Below are positions 12,220 to 22,488 of a stretch of 64,000 nucleotides of DNA, piece by piece. Each line of letters starts with the position of its first letter. The first letter of the stretch is position 1. Origin of the DNA: Cycas panzhihuaensis. Lineage: Eukaryota; Plantae; Cycadophyta. Location of the stretch: positions 76,143,741-76,207,740 of the forward strand of contig CM041465.1 of the NCBI GenBank assembly GCA_023213395.1. The letters are read 5' to 3'. The notes beneath the pieces are model-generated. The model was not told where the DNA came from and made no database searches. It was given only the letters and a program-made list of their open reading frames with translations. The position numbers were made by a program, and so were the translations under genes.

Positions 12220-15200
12220 TTCTCCCCTATAATGTTCATTAGGAATGACTTCAAGGTTTTCTCTAAACGTATGAAACTTGATTCTTCCAAGAGCCTTAGT
12301 AAAGATATATGTCACCTGTTCATCTATGCTATAATAAACTAATTCAATGTCATCTACTTGTACTAACTCCCTGATAAATTGATATTATGTTTCAATATGC
12401 TTTGTTCATCCATGAAACACTATATTACGTCATTTAAATTGTACTTTGATTGTCACACATCATGTGTACAGGTTTGTCATGTTTTATTTATAAGTCTTAG
12501 AGTAACTAACATAGCCAAACTATTTTACATGCTCTTGCTATTACTACTTTATATTCTACTTTTGTAGGGATATTATGTTTTATTTCTTGGTACTCCAAAC
12601 AATTGATGTTAATCCCATGCTAAAAGTATAAGAAGATATGGATTTCTTATCATCAACACAACCTGCCCAGTTTAAATCTGTGTAACCAATTGACCTGAAA
12701 TTTATTTAGGACTTATAATATAATCCATAACTAATTATACCTTTTAGGTAACAAAGTATTCTCTTTGTTGTATGTTAATGTGTTACCTTAGGTTCTTATA
12801 TAAACCTAGATACCATGCTTATTTAATGCAAAATATCAAGACAAGTTAACATTAGGTAGATTAAACTATCAATCTGCTGCCTATAAAGTGTAGGATCAAC
12901 TAATGCAGAATCATCGACCTTGGATAGCTTTATTCTAATTTATATTGGTATAGTGAATGCCTTGCAATCATTCATCTTAAACTTTTAAAGCAAATCTAGT
13001 GTATATTTCCTTTAAGATATAAAAATTCCATTTTTGTCTTGCCATACCTCCAAACTTAGGAAGTAATGCATAAGGCCCAAATCAGTCATCTCGAACTCTT
13101 TGCATATGTCATCTTTAAATTTTTATAACAATTGAGAGTCATTTCCTATGTAGACTAAATAATCAACATATAGTCCCATAATAAGTATTAAGTCTCCTTC
13201 AATCTTTATATAAAAGTTAGGATCTAATTGACTTTGTTTGAACCCTTTGTCTCTAAAATATTTATCTATCCTAGAGTACCAAGCTCTAGGTGCTTGTTTT
13301 AATCCATACAAGGATTCCTTGAGTTTGTATACCTTGTTTTCCTCCCCCTTAACTTCAAAGACTTATGGTTGTTGGATATAGATATTCTCTTCTATATATC
13401 CATTTAGGAAGGCACTTCATTTGTTGGACAATCCATCTATTTTATGCAACAAAACTCAACATAAGACGTATTATCTCTATTTGAGTTACAGGAACAAATA
13501 TTTCATTATAGTTGATTCCTTCAATTTGAGCATATCCTTTAGCTATTAGCCATGCTTTATGCTCATCAATAGATCCATCATATCTTGATTTTGTTTTGTA
13601 AATCCATTTGGTGATAATTGTTGATTTATTTAGAAGAAGGTTAACTAGTTCCCATGTGTCATTCTTGACCAAAGCATTGCACACCTCCTACATTATATTT
13701 TACCATTCCTATTTAGTATTAGCCTCTTCAAAGGTATGAGGCTCATATGAGTCCATGACTTGGCTCATTAAAATAAAGTTGACCCTATTGGAGTGTATAG
13801 ATCTCTTTCAAAATTGTTATCAAGCATATTCACTAGGTCATATTGTCTTTGTACCCACTTTGGAACATTGTGACTGAATGAGGAAAGTCTAACCTCATTA
13901 GGACTTGACCCATATTGTGTTGGCACATTTAATGGTGCATTTATCAATGTAGGACGTGAATCAAACTCTACCATGATATTCTTCCCTTTATCTTTTTTAA
14001 CTTCTACCATGATATTTTTCCCTTTGTCCTTTTCAACTTCTACTTTATAATAATCGTCCTCTTTGAAGATAATATCTCTACTCATGATTATCTTCTTTTC
14101 CTTGGGGTCAAATAATTTATAGGATCTAGTTGAATCACAATATCCTATAAATATGTATTTAGTATATTTATTATTTGGTTTTGTTCTCTTTTGCTCAAGT
14201 ATATGAGCAAATGCTAGACAACCAAAGATTCTCAAGTGGTGAATACTTGGCTTGTGTCTTGTCTAAGCTTTTTTTGGTGTAACCCACATAAGGGCCTTAG
14301 TGGTACACCTATTTAATAGATAAATGATTGTGTGTATAACATCCACCCAAAATTCATGCCCAAGTTACTTGTCCTTAAGCATACACCTTACCATCTCAAC
14401 AATGGTCTTATTCTTTCTTTCAGCTATTCCATTTTGTTATGGAGTATATAGATTAATATATTATTGCCTTAAGGCCATGATGGATACAAAAATCTTTGAA
14501 TTCATTTAAAGTGAATTCCCCACCTTGTCTGATTTAAGAGAGAGGATTTGATATCCACTTTATTTTTTCATAAAAGATTTTAAGTCAATAAAGCATTGAT
14601 AAGTATGTAATTTGAACTTTAGAAAATATACCCAAGTTTTTTTTTGTAAAGTCATCAATGAACATCATGAAATATTTAGCTCCTCCAAATGAGGATACAT
14701 CTATAGGACCATAAAATTCTATGTATACTAATTGGAGGGGACCCTATGCTCTATAATTGTTATCTAGAAAGCTCTCTCTATGTTACTTTCCAAGTAGACA
14801 CTCTTCACATATTTCTTTATCTCCTCTAATGATAGGTAAACATTCAACCATCTCCATTCTTTTCATTACGGCCAAGCTACTATAACTTAAATGGCCAAAT
14901 CGTTTATGCCATGTGTCACTTCCAACTTTAGTAGAGGCTTTCAATGTATAGATATCTATTAGAGGAATAACTAGCTTAAATAGTTGATCACTAGTTACTT
15001 GTCCCTTAGCTATAATGGCTTTGTTCATACTTTTGTCTTTGATTATGTATTTTTTATTATTGGAGATGACCTTATAATCATGTTCCATTATTTGTCCTAC
15101 TGAAAGAAAGTTCTTTTTCAAGGCAAGTATCTGTAGTACATCATCAATATACCTAGATTGTCCTAATTTTATGGTGATGGTAATATTGCCTTTACCAGTT

Positions 15201-16553
15201 GACTAATGTAAAGTGTTGTCTCCAAACATGATCATCTCTCTTTTGGTTCTATCAATAGTTTTAAAGATTTCCTCCTTATGCATCATATGAGTTGAGCATC
15301 TTGAATCTATATAGAAGCTATCTTCTTCTTCATTGGCTATAAGACTTGATAAGAAAAGTCTATCATTTTCTATACTTTTAGTTATGTTATTTGCACTTCC
15401 TTTTTATTGGTTTGCATTTTAAAAAAAATAACAGTCTTCCATATATCCAATTTTATGGCACTATAAGCATTGTATTAGTCCTTTATTCCTTTGACTATGG
15501 CTTCTACTTCTAGAGGATCATCTACTTCTAGAGGTTGATCTACCTCTTTCAAAAGATGGGGTTTGATTTTACCCTTGGCAACCCATATGATTTAGTCCTT
15601 AAAAGCATTGATTTTGACTTAGATAACTCTCTTATCCTTGAAAATGATTATATCCATGGCAATAATGATTTTATTCTTGCATTCTACCTTTATTGTTGAA
15701 GTTATTCCTCCCTTGGTACCTTAGATTTGGTGGTTGGTATCTTTGAGGGAGGTTCTTGATATTATTACCTTAATTATTAATATCTAGGATTGGACTCTAA
15801 ATATGTCCTTCGGTTCCTAGGTTTTGATTCTTAATATGATTGTTGATTCCTTTCTCCTCTTCTAGGGAATGGATCCCTCTCCCTAAAACTTTGTCCTTGG
15901 TTACTTTGCTTAAATCTTGCCTTTGTGGCAAAGGCATATTCTAAGGTTTCTTATCCTTCTTTCTTCTCTTCTACAGTAAGGAGCATGGCACTCAATTGCT
16001 CGATCTTAGGGGTACTTAGGTCCTTTAAAAATTTGATACTTGTAGCTACCATTTCAAATCATTTAAATTCTCTAATACATCTTAATATTCTTTCTACAAC
16101 TCTTTGTTTGATTAATACTTTTCTAAGGGATCTTATCTGGTTGATTAGGTCTTGGACCTTAGTAATGAATTCATTAACAGACTCTCTTGGTGACATCTTT
16201 AAATTTTTAAACTTTCTTCTAAGGGATTGAAGCTTGGTTGAGACAACTCCTTCATAGATCAGTTTTAAAGTGTCCCAAGCTTCCTTTAATGTAGTGGCTT
16301 TGCTCACTCTAGGAAATATATAGTCTTCTAGAGCATAGAAAATAAGAGCTAAGGCTTTATTGTCCTTCTTAACACATTCTCTGTAAACTATTTTATCATC
16401 CAAAGTGGTATTTTCTCTAAGTTTATGAAATCTTTCCTCAACAAATTCCCACATATGTTTGGCTATAAAAATAAGATTCATCCTCTTATTCTAATTAAAG
16501 AAATTGATTCCATCAAATTTGGATATAATCATATTTTCAAGGGTTATTTCTAT
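12220..16553 (-). pseudogene. Copia gag-pol pseudogene of element A
   Basis: ORF fragments: KKDNKALALI..KEAWDTLK (gag), WHKRFGHL..CEECLLGK (GAG-pre-integrase), RIFGCLAFAHI (integrase), NDTWELV..KWIYK and [21 protein letters not shown] (RT). Many stops and frameshifts. Confidence 0.95.
13966..14044 (-). repeat. In-frame 36-bp tandem duplication in the IN-RT linker
   Basis: Translation reads VEVEKDKGKNIM-VEVKKDKGKNIM-VE. Confidence 0.85.
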
Positions 16554-16644
16554 TGTAACTCAACTATGTTTTAGTGTATCCTAAAAGTTTTAAATTTATT
16601 TGTGTTATATCTACCTAGGGGGTTTCTAATATAGAGTTATATGT

Positions 16645-17115
16645 CTTAAGGTTTCTAAGGAATGCTCTTAGTTACTATCCTGTCTAATGGCATCTACCCA
16701 TAAGTGGCAAACTAGGGACCTAATACATTGGTACGTGAGCTCAAGGCTCAATATACCTCAGTACGTAAGTTGCAAAGAAGGTTAAAGACCTTCCTAATTT
16801 GTTGGTCCACCTACGTCGATCCTGTACTTAGTGATAGATCTAACATTGAGAACTTGACCAACTAAGACACTCACCCCCTTTAGGTCTATCTTTGTCTCCA
16901 AACTCTAAAAGGAAAAATATTCTCCACCTCAGCCTACCACCAAATACACTTGATATCCAATAGTTTTCTCAAAAACTTAGAGTACACCAAAGGTGTGTAT
17001 GGGGTGGTAACTTCAGGGGTCTTAATCATTCCCTTTGCAAGGCTAAAAATTAAGGTGGTTAATTCAAGAGTTATCTTGTTTAATGTAAAAAATTTAATCT
17101 CAAATGTGGTCTTCT
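16645..17115 (-). promoter_or_regulatory. Conserved non-coding pre-gag block (element A)
   Basis: Aligns in reverse with 33105-33585 and 60686-61164, while most of the flanking leader does not. Confidence 0.75.
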
Positions 17116-18806
17116 TTACAAGCAATGATTCGTTTTACTAATAATTAAAAATTTTAAAATATTCACAATGAAATGAAATGAAATCAACTCAAATGAAATA
17201 TAAATGAGTCAAATAGTACTAAATGAAATAAATTGAAATAGAAAAAGGGTTTAGAATGCTCTTATTTGTATAAAATTGACCCAGATTATTTACTTCTCTT
17301 TCAAGAGCAAACCTACATCAAATTAGCCAAAAAATATTCATAAGTTTAAATAATGAACTGAAATCTGCTATCAATAGTTAGTACAATAATATATCATCAA
17401 TATCCTTGAATAAATTTGAGAAATGCTCAAATAAGGACCAATTAGATAAGTTAATTTTTGCAACTCAAAAAACCTACAAAATAACTTTAAATCAATGTCA
17501 AACTGATTCTAAAATATAGAACTCTGAGTGAGCTTTCTAACAGTTTAAATCATTCAAAAAATGGACTCCTAGTTTGAAAGATACTAAGAAAATAGTATAG
17601 ACACCTTGTTATGGATAAAAATAAAAAAGAGAGGTCCTTAAGCCCCTTAACAAGATGGCCCCTGGTCACTAGGTTATTGCATGTGACCATCTACTAGGCT
17701 GTGAAAGGGGTTGCAAATTCTAAAGAATAAGAAATATGACTAATTTTTTCAAAATCTAAAATTATGAAATTTAACTTATTTGAGTTTCAAATATGTCCCT
17801 TTTTAAGAGGATAGGATCATAGGGGCCATAATGTCACCATTTTCTGGCAAATGAAGGGGGTTGAACTCTAAATTTAATTAAATTTAATTAAATTTAATTT
17901 AAACTATATAAAAAATATAAGAAAAGTAAATTTTTAATGAAAAAATAATCACAAAGAGTTCGTGTGACTCACAGAGGAAGTTTAATTGATTAAATTGATC
18001 AAAAAGGAGCACTAAAACACATAAAAACTAATCAATTAGATCGATAGAGGATGGACACCTATAAATGTGGTAAAATTTTGAGAAAAATAAATGAAAAATA
18101 TTTAAAATGTTGGATGGTAGTGTGTTTCAGTAGATAGAGAGATAAATGATCTTACAGAAGAAATATCTCAATGATGGGGCAACAATTTTCTAAATCATCT
18201 ATTATGTAGTGAAGTAGATTTAGCAAAGATCAAAACGAGCAGTTGTGTGCTTATGTTTCATTTGTTTGTTAAAGAACGAGAATCTATTGAAGTAAGGTCT
18301 CCTTGTTAAACCTGAAACTAAAAGTAAAAAACAATGAAATTAAAAAAAGAATTCTTAAGATCTGATTAAAAAACTCCTCCAAATTGATGTTGAGCTTCAT
18401 ATAATCAATGTATTTATAAAACAATGTTGGTTAGCAGATCAAAAAATTGCCACATGGGCTATACAAAATACACAGTGTGCACAGATAGACGGAGAAATAT
18501 GTGTAATAAAAATTATAAAAAAATCAAATGTTTAACTATATGAAATGACCTTAGCATATGAAATAATATTGATCGATGAACATTGAGATGCCCTACAATA
18601 GTCTGAGAACACAAACATACCACACACAGCTACAAATACTATAAAAACCTGCTAGTTTATGGATTATATCAAGTGCACAATACAATATCATGAATGTATA
18701 AATAATATTAAATGAAAACTATGTAAAAACTATATAAAATGAACAAATATTGAAATATATCAAACAATAAATTGTCATGATGCTTCATGGCCCTAAATCG
18801 ATGCAT

Positions 18807-18816
18807 TGTGATATCA
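18807..18816 (-). promoter_or_regulatory. Decayed PBS of element A
   Basis: TGATATCACA lies two bases after the LTR2 end. Copy 2 reads TGATATCACAG versus canonical TGGTATCAGAG. Confidence 0.6.
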
Positions 18817-18818
18817 AT

Positions 18819-19089
18819 TATTAGCTCAAGGGTAGAGCAGAACTAAGATTATAAGATATACATTACAAAATAAATAAAATTTTCGTATAAAGTTGGCGGT
18901 GTTAAGAAACACCTTTGGACCATGAGGCCCGTTTAAATAGTCAGGTTGTTAAGTTGTCCCTACATTTACCGATGCTTGGTGTTAATAAACACCATTAAAA
19001 TATTTGGGTAGTAGGTCAGCTAAGGTGGCTGGAGTCAGCTCCACACTTTCCAATGCTGCCACATTACCCTAATGATCATTATTCCATTA
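18819..19089 (-). repeat. LTR2, shared as 5' LTR of A and 3' LTR of B (271 bp)
   Basis: Preceded by PPT GGGGGAGAA (19098-19090) and followed by the PBS. TATTTAAA at ~18939-18932. Confidence 0.9.
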
Positions 19090-19628
19090 TTCTCCCCCAT
19101 AGTATTCATTAGGAATGACTCTAAGCTTGTCTTTGAACTTGTGAAACTTGATTCTGCCAAGAACCTTAGTGAAGATGTCTACCACCTATTCATTTATGCT
19201 TCAGTAAACCAATTTAATCTTGCCTGCTTGTACTAACTCCCTGATAAAGTGATATTGTATTTCAATATGCTTCGATTATCCATGAAATACTAGATTATGT
19301 GTCATTTGAATTGTACTTTGATTGTCACACATCATGTGTGTAGGTCCATCATATTTCATTTGCAAGTCTTAGAGTAACCGATGTAGCCAAATTATTTCAC
19401 ATACTCATGCTACTGCTACTTTATATTCTACTTCTACATTAGATAAGGATACCGTGTTTTGTTTCTTAGTACTCCAAGCAATTAATGTTGATTCCATGTT
19501 GAAAGCGTAACTAGATGTAGATTTTCTATCATCAACACAACTTGCCCAGTTTGAATGTGTGTAACCAATCAACCTGAAATTTATCAAGGACTTATAATGT
19601 AATCCATAACTAATTGATAGCCTTTTAA
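19090..19628 (-). pseudogene. Copia RT-end/RNase H tail with PPT (element B)
   Basis: LIGYTHSNWASCVDDRKSTSSYAF..IAWSTKKQNTVSLSNVEVEY. Paralogous to 12220-12745. Confidence 0.92.
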
Positions 19629-19829
19629 GATTTATATCAAAACAGAAATTATACTACTATACTGTTATAGGGTAACGTAGGCCTCATTTTTTCTGAGTAA
19701 CATCTGTGGTGGATAAAAAATTTATTCTTATCCCATTGACTTTACTTTATTGAAAATAAGTACCAAATAAAAGTGTATTTGAACTAAAAGAAATTATATA
19801 CAATATGTACACTATGTACAAGATCCAAT

Positions 19830-20101
19830 TGTTAGCTCAAGGGCATAGCAGAACTGAGATTATAAGGTATACATTACAAAATAAACAAATTTTCCATATA
19901 GAAGTGACAATATTGAGAAATATCTTTAGGCCATAAGGCCCATTTAAATAATCAGGTCATCGGATTGCCCCAATGTCTACCAATGCTTGGTATTAATAAA
20001 CATCATTAAAATATTTGGGTAGTGGGTTGGCTAGAATAACTGGAGTTAGCTCCACACCCCCCCAATGCTGCCACATTGCCCTAATGATCATTATTCCACC
20101 A
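19830..20101 (-). repeat. LTR3 (272 bp, intact TG...CA ends)
   Basis: Third copy of the A-family LTR, in the same orientation. Confidence 0.9.
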
Positions 20102-20124
20102 ACCAAGTCCTTCTTGTGAGGCTA

Positions 20125-21000
20125 GTATGACTCACCACAATAATTGTTGATTACCATTTATTAATATAAAATATTATATACATTTAGAGATGATTTTTCC
20201 CATTCATGGGTTTTCAACGTTAAACATGGTATTATATATGGTGTTTGCAAGATTGACTCTTTGTCTTTATTCTTATTCATTTATTATATTTATTAGATGG
20301 TTAATTGATCATATGATTACATTTTCTCTTACTTCATTACATTAAATTGTTATTTTGTACAATAAACTTTAACATGGTATCCCACCTTCTGTATAAGTCA
20401 TACATAAATTTTAATAGTTCAATTAAAGGTATTGGGAATGGGTTGGTCTTTGTGAAATTATTAAATGCTATAAAATCCACACAGATACTTAGCTCAATAT
20501 TTTTCTTCTTTGCTATTACTATGAGACTCACTCATTCACTATCTATAATTGAATAAATGCATCCATCATTTACTAGCTTTTTTACTTCCTCTTGTATATT
20601 CTTTATGTACTTGGAGTATAGTGTGCATGGTTTCTATCACATTAGCTTTACTCCTTCTTTCAGCTTAATCCTCATTAATCCAACATGTTCAGGGATTCCT
20701 TTTAAGTCCTTGTTATGTCCAATCAAAAACATCATAGAATTTCTCAAAAAGCTCATGTACCTAGACCACAATATCATCTATCAATTATTCACTTGTATAA
20801 ATATTCTTCAAATCATTGTTTGTGCCTACTTTCAAGGATTCCTTTTAAATCCTTTCTAAGTCCAAATAAAAACATCACAGAATTCCTTGAAAAGCTCACA
20901 TACCTAAGCCCCAATATCAACTATTAATTATTCACTTAATATGAATATTCTTCAAATCATCGTTTGTGCCTAGATTGTATTAGGATAATGCCCATTCACA
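20125..21000 (-). mobile_element. Ty3/gypsy pol fragment (spacer plus RT N-terminus)
   Basis: YNLGTNDDLKNI..CELFKEFCDVFIWT..KDLKGIPEHVGLMRIKLKEG..IQEEVKKLV..E*VSLIVIAKKKN..ICVDF..TNPFPIP. Confidence 0.88.
20692..20973. repeat. Diverged ~144-bp tandem duplication within the gypsy fragment
   Basis: GGATTCCTTTTAA...AATATTCTTCAAATCAT(T/C)GTTTGTGCCTA occurs twice. Confidence 0.85.
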
Positions 21001-21768
21001 TATCAATATTCAATCTTGATAGTTTAACTACAAACACTCCACATGTACCTAACATGTCAAGGCAATGGTTAACTTTGAGTTGTATGCCAATGCTTGTTAT
21101 CATTCCACCTATTTATCAAACAGAATCAATGACCTCGATGTTCATCAAAACCACTCCTCTGTTGGTGAATTTATTCCCTTCTTTGTACTTGTATGGTGAA
21201 GTCAAGTTGAGGCCTCACCACCACCGTTTAGTATGAAAGCCATTTTCTTCAAAATTTGGTGCTCCGTGGAGAGATGCACCTGATCTATGTTTTCTGTTTT
21301 CAAGCGCTCCATACTCGTGGCATTTAGTGTTCTTGTTCGTGGGAGGCTGGGAAGCCTATGCCATTCATGTGTGTGGTATGTTTGAATTGCCGTTGATTGG
21401 CAATCCATAACCAAATGTGACTCTTCATTTTAAGTTTGTCAGTTGGTGGTATGATGTTTGTGTCATCCCTGACATCCGTCCCTCTGGGCACTTCATTCTC
21501 GCTGCCCATACGCGAGATCAGATGCGTCCAACCACAAAACATCCCATTCCCACGTTGAAATCTGTGAAAAGGCGCTCAGTGTGCAGTGCTGGTGCTCTTG
21601 GGTACTCCTCGACGTGCTCCTGCTCCTACGCGTTGAAATCTGTGGTGTACAAAGGCAGTCATTACATGGTCCCACAACTGTTACGGATCAGTCATCCAGC
21701 GCACTGCTACCTTACATCTCCATGTTGACCATTCTTCTGTCACATGTGTTGCTACCACGGCCACGTAC

Positions 21769-21830
21769 CGTCGCTGAAGTTCAAGACCCCGGAGAGGGTT
21801 ATCATGTTGTCCGCATCTTCATCTTCAAAT
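21769..21830 (-). CDS. Isolated 62-nt exon or gene fragment of a BCS1-like plant AAA-ATPase
   Basis: Pyrimidine-rich tract and TGCAG acceptor, then FEDEDADNMITLSGVLNFSD(G), then G|GTACGT donor. Matches the family motif (V/I)TLSGLLNFxDGLW. Read-through gives DGTWPW-stop. Confidence 0.7.
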
Positions 21831-22488
21831 CTGCAGACGTCGCACGAAAACATACAAAAAATTGTAGGCAGAAGATATCCAAACGCCCAACAAAATGTAG
21901 GCAGGACGGACTTTTTTTTCTTTTAACATATATATATATTTTTGATATCACAAAAACTTAATGAAATTGAATTCCATTTTAATTCCAAAGCAGGATAGCC
22001 TCCCATTCCTCAATACGTAGGTTATGTGAAGAACACGGTATGATGAGGGCATTATTTTTCAAAGAGGCTACCATCTAGTCTTAAGATTTGTGTACTTACT
22101 GCTATGTTTACTAACACAACTTTTACCTATAGTCTCTATTTTTCAAGTCACTTAAATTGTTATAATCTTTACTTATGTAATTTTAAAACAGATAATCACA
22201 TGAACTATATTTAGATTTGACTTATATCAAATTTTTAAAGTTTGAAATTAATTCAAATTGTAGACTTTTTACAAGTTGATCAAAATGTAAAACATTACAA
22301 AATTTGTTTATTGTACTCCAATCAATTAATAGAAAATTACTATTTAGAAGTGTAGTTTTAATTCAAACATTAGTGTTTGTTCCAAAGTTGAAATAGGGAT
22401 AATTTAGTACATCATTTGTTATTGTTGGTGTAATTTTTCTATCATTCACCTTTATGTTTCAAATAAATTTTGCACAATATCCTCAAGT

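Larger units (their letters stand above)
11948..19089 (-). mobile_element. Ty1/copia element A, full-length but decayed (~7.1 kb)
   Basis: Order on the minus strand: 5' LTR 19089-18819, decayed PBS, 2.2-kb leader, gag-PR-IN-RT-RH, PPT AGGGGAGAA (12228-12220), 3' LTR 12219-11948. Confidence 0.92.

Noticed and set aside
11943-20106. Target-site duplication around the A/B composite or LTR3
   Set aside because: Flanks ACTTA vs ACCAA, and CCAAT vs ACCAA, do not match convincingly.
21417-21961. Plus-strand ORFs in the GC island (103 and 126 aa; fused to 193 aa at 47669-48250)
   Set aside because: The frame differs between copies and there is no recognisable motif. The recognisable signal is on the minus strand.
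21992-22079. Short inverted repeat TAGCCTC...GAGGCTA and CTAG|T as a MITE or Helitron end for the island
   Set aside because: Only 7 bp, with no TSD and no GC hairpin at the expected distance from CTAG.
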